Below, one piece after another: positions 27,301 through 36,420 of a DNA stretch of 64,000 nt. A program made the translations under genes and the position numbers. Source of the DNA: Ophelia neglecta (Eukaryota); the NCBI GenBank assembly GCA_965285935.1, contig OZ260663.1, forward strand, positions 77,500,001-77,564,000, read 5' to 3'. How positions within the stretch are numbered: position 1 is the first letter of the stretch; each line of letters opens with the position of its first letter. The notes under the pieces were generated by a model. The model ran no database searches. It was not told the origin of the DNA and worked only from the letters and a program-made list of their open reading frames with translations.

Positions 27301-30300
27301 GACCAGGGGCGTTACCAGAGCTCTTTCCACTTCAGCGCGACATGAAATGGACCAACACAGGTTTTTCTGGTGGTGGTTCGTAGATTTTGCGGTTCGAACT
27401 ATGGAACAATCTTTGACAACTCAAGTTAAGACAACCTGCTAAACAACCTGCTAATCTCCTTCACCGGTAAAAGTGTTTCTTATATAAACCTAAAATAGGT
27501 CGCAAGCTTTAATAATTTGATACCGATGTGACATAATACCCAAGTGTAGACAGACTGAAAACACAGCAGATTATTTTTTTTAAGGCACAAGGCATCAAGC
27601 TACACAGAAAAGTAGGAGCGGTTCGAGGCTAGTACTACGTCATCGAAAATCGCAAAGATCAGATTTCTGACTGCTGTAGAAGGTCTTCGGGGGCAACCCC
27701 GAATTCCAAAAAGATAGAAGACTTGATGATTTATTGCAAACAAATTGTCAAATGAGTTTAAGAGACTTTGGTTTGGATTTGGATTTTTGGGGCTTAACGA
27801 CACATAGACACCATGTGGGTCATTTAGTGTCTTATATTATATGTCCAAGGGACAGAAGCTTTTACTTTTCTTCCTAGTAATCATAAAGTCATGGGGACTA
27901 TTTGTACAAGAGTCAATTAATCCGGCTTTACCGGTACCATTTTTACCAGGCCAAGGCCGTGTTTTTTCACTCACGATTTAGCAATTAGTCTAAACTATTA
28001 TGATTTCTATCCATTTTTCTTGAAGCTTGTAGATTTATATTTTACGTAGAGTTTCCAAACCAGTTTATATTGAACATGGGACAAACCAGTTCTGAATTTA
28101 TGACCAATCAGGGATAGTCACGTTTATTCTGGGGAGTCGAAACAGTAATATCTGTTTGAAATCACCGGCTTCTGCTTGACGCTTACAAACATTATTAGTA
28201 TAGAAAAGTTGTCACGTGTGTATGTTTTAGTCATTAATATATTACGATGTTCAACCTCGTATGTCTAAGCTTCCTTCGGTCTCTACCTTGAGGGACAGCA
28301 ATCAACACCAATGAATAGCAATAAATGACTGGTAGTGGAATTTCAGAGATTGTTATTCCTAGCTTGTTGCTAGTGACTTATATGTAATGATATAACGCCG
28401 AAGGTGACACATAACAAAGAGGTCACCAACCAGCCGCGAGGAGATGAAAATCTGTGGAATTGTGCAAACCATATTTTCAATATTAGTGTTAGGCCTATTA
28501 CATATAAGCCGAAAAATAAATTACCTACTTCATCTATCAGATAAAGGACTCTTACGCCCCTGCTGGTCACAATCAAAATCAAGTTTGCCACAATAAGACT
28601 TATTTCTATTTGCCTTTAATATAAGGCAAGGGAACACATATTGTACCTTAAAAGTCTCTTGCCTAGCCCAACGAATCCCTCACTTCCGACATTAATCGAT
28701 ATCATTGACCATTAATTTTTGAATAGTGTATATATATTAAAACTTTATGCTGAAAGCAAATGATTACTTAAAAAATAAAAATCTTAGACATTAGAAAGGC
28801 TGCTACTTGACCTCATATTGATGAAAGCTTATTTGGTGTTAAGTGCTGTATCTTGCTTCCTCAACTGCACATACCAATATAACTGCCTACAGGGCCTTGT
28901 CAAGAACTTGGGAGGGCTGCACTCTACCTGGTCTAAAAACAGTTCCTTGGCCTGAGATTATGGATTCAAGGACTCGACAGTGAAGCCAATCGTTATTCGA
29001 AAGGTTCTCGAGGACTTCCAAGGCACGTTTGTTGACCTGGTTAAAATTGTCTTGAAAGTTTCCCCAATTCATGATTATTCCATGAAAGAAGTGAATATTG
29101 CTATCTACAGAAATGTTGATATTGACACGAGACTGCGATTTGTCGGATCACAGTAAATCTTTCTAGATATCATGAACGGATAATCCTTATACAATGAGCA
29201 TTTACGAATTAGGTCAACCTACAGTGGGTAGCGCAACAGAAAGAAGTTAAAATTTCAACGACATGATATATGATTGCAACACTGGTAATAAAAAAGTCGT
29301 TTTCCGCCCAGGTCGCAATCCGTGTTTTGCTAGCGGTATTGGTTCCAATATGGCGGCGATTAGTCGCGAGGATGGCGGTGTTCGCCGATGTTCGATTTGT
29401 GTTTACATCATAGGCCAAAAATGCATGAATATTTCAGGAAATTAAAAAAATTAAACAGCATGCAATGTGTTGGGTTACCAAGAAAATCAGTAGCCCTATT
29501 AAAATCCAGACACTTCCAGTATTTTTGGCACTCCCTCTTCCTTCCGTTTTTCCATGATATGACGCTTCCGGTACAAACATTTTGCAGGCCGCCCGGTTAG
29601 AGGTATCATAATACATTCGGGAATTGATTGCTCTTTCATCTGCAAACCAACAACTAAAAACAACCGATTCAATAAATCGCAAGATTGTTCGCTATTCTTG
29701 TCGTCTAGTGTTCAGTTTTATGCAGGACAACCGACAGAAAAGGAATACCGAAATCGTTACGGTTTTTGATGAATGAAATGTTTTATTCATTAGGCCTAAT
29801 TCATTTATCAACGCATAATCAAAAAGCGAGTGTCCCTGTGATTAAATTGGATTATTGCAATATTACTTCAACTGGAACATATGCACATATGCAAATTGGA
29901 TTAGACCTATAAGATTGATAATGTTCCTGTGTATACACTTCAACAGGTGAAACATGCCATTAAATTAACTTCGTGAAAGTCACTAGCGCAATTATTACGC
30001 AATTATATACCATTAGAAAACAAGTGTTTTCCGAAGGCATTATACCGGATGGTGCATTCGTTGCAGACGACATCAAGGGATGGCTGAATAAAACCAGATG
30101 TGGCATAAAGGCGGAAAAGACAACAGCAGTGATCATCAACAGTCTCGATATGAATAAAACGCATTTAATATGCCGATGCCATTGAAAAATCAATGGAGGT
30201 CGTAATAGCGAATACCTGCAAAGCGATCAATGAGTTATGAATAGGATGCAGGGTTTGGATTTTGTCCCATGAAATGGGCACAATAATAGATACAGAGCCC

Positions 30301-31529
30301 TGAACACAAACTGAATGATGGTTAGTTTACAAATGACAGTAAGCCCGCCTCATATGACTAGCTGTCTTTGACAGGTCGATCCTTGAATAAAAATTGTATT
30401 CGTTATCAACGACATATAAGATCAAATCAGTTTAATTCGAACTTAAACCTATACTTATAGCGCGAAATAACCAACCTTTTACTTACAAAATACCAGCACG
30501 AATGGGCTCATACGAGAAGGCCCTTTTATATACATATCTACAGCAACTATGGAGGTTTATAACGGATTTGGACGAAACAACAGAGCACAACAACATTGAA
30601 CAAGCCTGTATGATGAAGATTGTCTATAGATCTTTTTATCGAAGAACATCTTTTGTGGCAGCTATTTCCACATATATCCAGAAAAATGATAAAATCAAGA
30701 CATCAATTGTTTTATCAGGCGCATGACAAATACGATTTGATAGACATTTTGATTCCAACACACTCAATTAGATTGAATATACAGCAGATGATGTTTGCAG
30801 CTCCCCGTTTGTTTTTTTTGCAAGTCTTAAAAATCAAGTGCTTTGGGCAGAAGATCCATCAATTTGGATTTCTATTTCATCCTCTCTTTTTTGCCTTATA
30901 GATCAATATGCATTTAATAGTACTTGTGAAACAGCAAGCACTGAAAAGTTCAAAGCAAACATGCATCTTTGGAAGAGTATAAAACAGCTATCAGATCAAG
31001 CCCGCGCATGTCACTCTACATGCAGGCCCCATTATAGACTATTCATTGTCATTCACTACCCCAGGAGAGTTGTCGGATGAGAAGCCATGCAACAAAAGCT
31101 GACGCCGTTTCCTCATTTCTATGCCTATAAAAATCTTTGCTTTGCTCTGCAAGCCGACTATAGGCCTATGTTCCTAGGTCTTGTGTATGTGCTTCTGTTA
31201 CTGTTAGTCTTTTACACCTTCTCATGAAACAAATAAGTCCGATTATGCTCATTTTGTGGATATAATATGCATGTAATCTGCCGTTTCTGAAGCATTTTGA
31301 TCATATAGCATTTGGTTACTATAAAGTGTCCTTCCATTCAGGCGGGGGGTGGGGGATGGTGGTGGTGAGGGTGGGGATGGAGAGTGTGGGCTGGGTGGCA
31401 TTATTGTACCCGTGGAACAGTACTTTCTATTATGTAAAACAAGTTGCCCCCAGTGCTGCTCCAAAAGGATTTCCGTTGCAGTGGGCCATTTTAAAAACCT
31501 CTAAAGGCATTTGTTGAATTCATAAATCA

Positions 31530-31890
31530 CGGCGTCATTCTGATCATTTCGTTTTCAGACCTAGGAGCCGCCATTCTGATCATTTCGTTTTCAGATCTAG
31601 GAGCCGCCATTCTGAACATTTAGAAGGTCGCTACCATATGAAGAAGCTGCCATTTTTAACATTTCAGGTGACGTTTCCAGTACACGGAGCCGCCATTTTG
31701 AACAGTTCAAATGACGTTTCCACATCAAGGAGCCACCATTTTAATCATTTCAAATGAGGTTTCCAGATCTAGGAGTAGATTTTGTGAACATTTCACATGA
31801 TGTTACCAATATCAAGAAGCCACCATTTTGAACATTTCATATGGCGTCTCGAGATCAAGGAGCCAATTTGAACAATTCATATGGCATTTG
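31530..31890. repeat. 43-bp minisatellite (consensus about GCCGCCATTTTGAACATTTCAAATGACGTTTCCAGATCAAGGA)
   Basis: Unit starts at 31567, 31603, 31646, 31689, 31732, about 31775, 31819 and 31862 (mostly 43-bp spacing). Degenerate copies continue to about 32030. Confidence 0.9.
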
Positions 31891-34800
31891 GTGAGCATCA
31901 TATAAACTGTCAAACAGCTAGTCTAACAATACGACCTTTATAGATTTTCTACACCAGTGCCCCATTTTGAACGTTTCAAATCGTCTGGTGAATTTCTAGA
32001 TTAAGGTGCCATTTCAATCATTACAAATGGCAATATCTCAGCAGGTTATTAATCTTGTTCTATTAATCTTGTTCAATGCTTGCTGTGCATGTCTCCTGGG
32101 AACAGTCATGTTATCCCAACACTCAAGGAAATGATTAGCCTAACTCCATTTATCATAGTGTCCCATTAAACATATAGCGAGTAACGCGCTGAATAACAAA
32201 AGGTGATTGGCCAATGAGCAAACACGTGTCCATAGATCACACGTATAGCATTTATGACGTCAGCTGTGCTCGTGTTTGCAAATGAATGAAAAAAACAATA
32301 ATGTTTCTACTTCAACAAAATGCCACCATTTGAGGAAAATGACCAATTATATATTCATAAGTAGCCAGAATGTCCAATTTGATGAGAGCGGGGGGGGGGG
32401 GGGGGGGACACGATATCAGATAATGGGCAATCTTTGTTAAATCAACAGCTATGTATTCAGTATGATTTCCATTGCCTAGTGCATGGAAAATTCATAAAAA
32501 ATTTTTTGAAAGATGTTCATTCGAAAAGGAATGAACACCAAAACAGTCAAATTCGTTAGAAAAAAATTAGCAGACACACCGATATGTCATGACGTCACTT
32601 ACATGTAATGGTGTTTGTCAGTACATTGTTTGGCATGCAGTACATACTTTTCAACGGGGTTTGTGAAGCTTAAAACCTTCAGTGGCATGATGGTGATTTT
32701 TTCCCTTATACTGTTGAAAGACATAACCTTGTCAAATTAAGATCCAAGGTCGCCATAACCAACAAATGTCACTTAGAAAATAAAATGAAGGCCACAGCCG
32801 CTTAACTTCCGACTGCTTCGTTTTGATCGCCAAAGAATGAGAATGCTCGATCGGATAAAATGTTGACTCGGCTTCTGACGGTCGAAGATCAACATGACTG
32901 GTTGGATACACATTGTAATTCATTTGTTTTCAGTAGTGAAATGGGTTGTTCGAGTTACTCCTGCCATTCGTTATTAAAATCAGGATGGTTTTGGACTAAA
33001 TTGTCCGTGCAGTCGCAGTGAGATTGCTTAACGACAAAGTTGAGCCCTAGCAGATCGACATAGATCAGCGGCTGGATTTTACGGCGAGTTTACACAATAA
33101 CAGTGAGCTGTTATGGGAAAGCGGCTGCCTTATTTGCCTTCTGGTCGCAGCTATTATTACGGCGATGTTAGGACCCCGAGATGACACCCCGGGGTCGAGT
33201 TAGGATGTCATCGCCTGCTAGCCACAGACTGGCAGCTTTGTTTCTTGCCCGTTTGACGTTAATTTCATTCAGCGTGGAATATGGTTGGGGAATAGGCAGT
33301 TATGAACACAGCTTGGTAATAGTCACTTGCGGTCGTACATTTGCTTTAACAGCCTGTAACCCGGAATTTAAAGCCCTAACTTATAGCCGGGGACAGGGTC
33401 ACTAGGGGTGTTCAATGAATAACAAAGTCAGTGCACTACTTCCATGCATATCAATAAAATGGTGACGGAAATACTAGTTTCTTTATCAATAATTATGTAC
33501 GGAGGAAAGTCAGGCATTAACACATCCTACAAACCGAGGCTTCATCCCTGAGATAACACATTATCCAAGCAGCGAGGCTTGTTGACTGTTACTAGCACGT
33601 GTCGCAGCTGTCCACATATGTAGCACTGAAACACCAGGTTAGCTTTAGTAGTCATTTTAGAAGCATGTATCGATTTGAAGTCTTTCACTTGAATAATGGC
33701 CCTCAATGCCTCAAAGCACTTTTACACAAATACATTTTTAATTGAAAATGGAGAGCAACTATATTGAATAATGTGAAACGTGTATTTTGTTTGTGAATAT
33801 AGACCGCTTAATCATTCAGTGAATATTGAAAGAAATTCAATGCCAATAATTATATATATGGAATAATTAATTGAAGCCATTGTGGCATGACATCCTCGGA
33901 TGGACTTCTTATGATTTATACTCATAGAACGAACTTATGGAAATGCTACTTTTCAACGGAAAAATATCAGATGAGTTCATATAGCAGAAATTGATCAATG
34001 TCTTTCGCAATGTGTGCTATTCCTGTGCATCTGGCGACATTATCTCCTCTTTCTGCGAAAACAAAGAACGTCTCCAGTAATATCACTCCGGCCAAGCCAG
34101 AATGAGACTATACTCTAATGTCGCTGACATGTTCATATGGACCGGGCAGACGAAAATAGACTTTGTTTTATTCAAGGCAGATGATGACGTAGTATCACCA
34201 TAAGAAATAGGAGAAGAGCCGAGAATAGATCGGGAAGGCATGCAAGAGTTGTTGTTTATTAGAGAGCTCGAGGAGGTGGAGCGAGAGCTGTCTCCTGGCT
34301 CTGCACTTAGTTGATGTTTTTGTCGGTCCTGTGTAACTTGGTCACTAATCCTGGGACTGCAGCCATTCCAACCCCGATTGAGCGAGCTTGCTGTTACCCA
34401 CCGCTTGACACACTGCAGACAGCAAATACCACTATGGCTATTGTGGTATTACCTTCCCGTTTGGTGGTATTTTCAACTTGTTTTCCACAGAATGCCTTGT
34501 TGAGGATGCGACCTTTCACATTAAGGACAAACCTGCAGCCGATATCGGAGACACCTTCGAGTGCGGCTACCACGAGCAGCTAACTGTTCTCGGGGATGGA
34601 CTCAGCTCATATTATGGCATTAAGTGGTATAGCACTGGGCAAAGCGAGCGCAAATGGGCTTAGGGTCAGCAATAATACCTTCATTCATGATACATCTTTT
34701 TTTTGTTACACAAAGACCACCACCTGCATATATACATGTACATGTATACAAGCATATGGCCTGGTAGGTGGTATGAACACAATCATGGCTCTTACAATGG

Positions 34801-35437
34801 CAATTCTAAAGTGTACAACGACTTGTTCGCTTTCTAACTGGGACCGACATCATTTTAAAAAATTGGTTCTGATATCGATAATCTAGAGCATTTGCCTTCC
34901 AATATAAATGACCAAGTCCAAACAATGTGATTTGTACTAGGGACTGAATTGATTTTCCAACATATGTGCAGTAGAGCGGAATTGAACTATTATCAAAGTT
35001 CCACCTAACCTTCTAATAAACCATTAGTTCTACTATTAAAACACGGGTTTAGACATATTATCCATGCGATCATACTATCATGACATTGGTGGAAAGCAGC
35101 ATAAAGGGAGCACAATACGTCTTAATGAATATAGCTATCGATGTGAATAAAAAAAGACGTTTAACCTATATATTACATAAATGTAACTGCCTTGCCAGGA
35201 CGGGGATACCATAGTCACAGTAAGACTTGTAGGTCTCCCATGGTCCTTTTCGGAATGATGAAGCTAAAAGGTATCATCACATTATTTAACGTTTTTTGAC
35301 CTTATTTTGGCTCACACTACTTATCTGTAAATATTAGACGCAGTCGTGTCTATCAGTAGAACAGCCGTGCCCTTAATAAAGAAATGAGGTATTCAAATTT
35401 CAGCAGGGAGAATACTTAATATATAGCTGTGACTTAC

Positions 35438-35510
35438 CTTTAGCTTCGAAAACCATGCCTAGCATAAAGAGCAATGGGTAAATTCCTCCAATAAACACCC
35501 TCATGTACAT
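35438..35510 (-). CDS. Neto: Neto coding exon 1 (signal peptide MYMRVFIGGIYPLLFMLGMVFEAK-G)
   Basis: ATG at 35510 has an in-frame upstream TGA. It opens 24 codons + 1 nt with a hydrophobic core, ending at a consensus donor AAG|GTAAGT. Phase 1 matches the phase-1 acceptor of the 14077 exon, giving ...FEAKG-DDVAV with a plausible A-x-G signal peptidase site. Not in the ORF track. Confidence 0.75.
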
Positions 35511-35864
35511 TAATCTGAGATGACTAGCCGCACGAAAACTAGGCCCATTAAAGTAAATAGGCCAATTCGGTATCCATATTCAAACTAGGGGATGCTTGTT
35601 TGCAGTACTCTCAACTCATTATCATAGTATCTGAGGGCTGGCTAGCGGGTTGACAGTGGGCTCCAGACAGCACGATACCCATCTAGTTTACAATTGATGA
35701 GTGAAGAATAATGACTATCTCCGTAAGTCATCACCGAGAAGTCTTCAATCATACAAAAGGATGCTTGCTGTAATCCTTGTCTACCACTTCAAGGGAAAAC
35801 ATATCATCGCCTTGCCTGCCACTGATAGTCGCCCACGAAAGAAGCATGCGGCAATCGCAGGCTC
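35511..35864 (-). other. Neto: Probable 5'UTR part of the Neto start-codon exon (uORF-rich)
   Basis: Strong minus-strand acceptor ttgcattgcttccttctacag| ending at 35865, upstream of the signal-peptide ATG. About 10 upstream ATGs in 354 nt. Confidence 0.5.
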
Positions 35865-35973
35865 CTGTAGAAGGAAGCAATGCAAATGCTTTCAAAGGCC
35901 GCCATTAAATGGAGTCTTCTTGAGCTTGTTTGTATCCTGGTCAGGTATCATATGTATAGACTTACATACATAC

Positions 35974-36420
35974 CTCACGAGCACACATCTCGCAACACGT
36001 TGTCTGCAGTTCATGGATTTCACTCGATTTTGTGCAGCAGCACAAGACAAATACAGATGCAGACTGGCCATACAATGGTCGAGATATGATATTCCTATAA
36101 ATGGACTAAAAACTGGCTATATATTACCGATATAAGTCTACACGGCTGGCAGTAGAACAGCCGAGCACTGTAGCTTATAGCTAGAGCCCGCATAGACGCT
36201 GACAGTCCCCAACAGAACACACCTGTGAGCAAGCTGCGGGATAGCAGCGCGCGGCAGACCGTCGATACAAACGACAAGCCGGCCACCGACAATACAGCGC
36301 GCAGCAGTGGCCAGCTGCTTCCACCGTCTGACGCAGGCGCGCAGCCTGAAAGCAATTCACCGGACGGGACGACCAACCCGCTTCTTCACAGCTTCCCATA
36401 TATTCCCTTGAGGACAATCA
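35974..36420 (-). promoter_or_regulatory. Probable non-coding first exon / CpG-rich promoter-proximal region of Neto (5' end approximate)
   Basis: Donor GAG|gtatgt at 35973 defines a 109-nt intron to the 35865 acceptor. 36140-36400 is conspicuously GC- and CpG-rich (gcagcgcgcggcag, gcgcgcagc) against an AT-rich background. Confidence 0.4.

Noticed and set aside
28556-28610. Alternative signal-peptide exon (EISLIVANLILIVTSRG|gtaaga)
   Set aside because: Phase-0 donor is incompatible with the phase-1 acceptor, and I did not establish a start codon.
28821-29156. Selenoprotein reading of the single in-frame TGA
   Set aside because: No Sec-type motif (e.g. CxxU) and no SECIS recognised downstream.
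31530-31890. CRISPR-like array
   Set aside because: Units are contiguous degenerate tandem repeats without unique spacers, there are no cas genes, and the context is eukaryotic.
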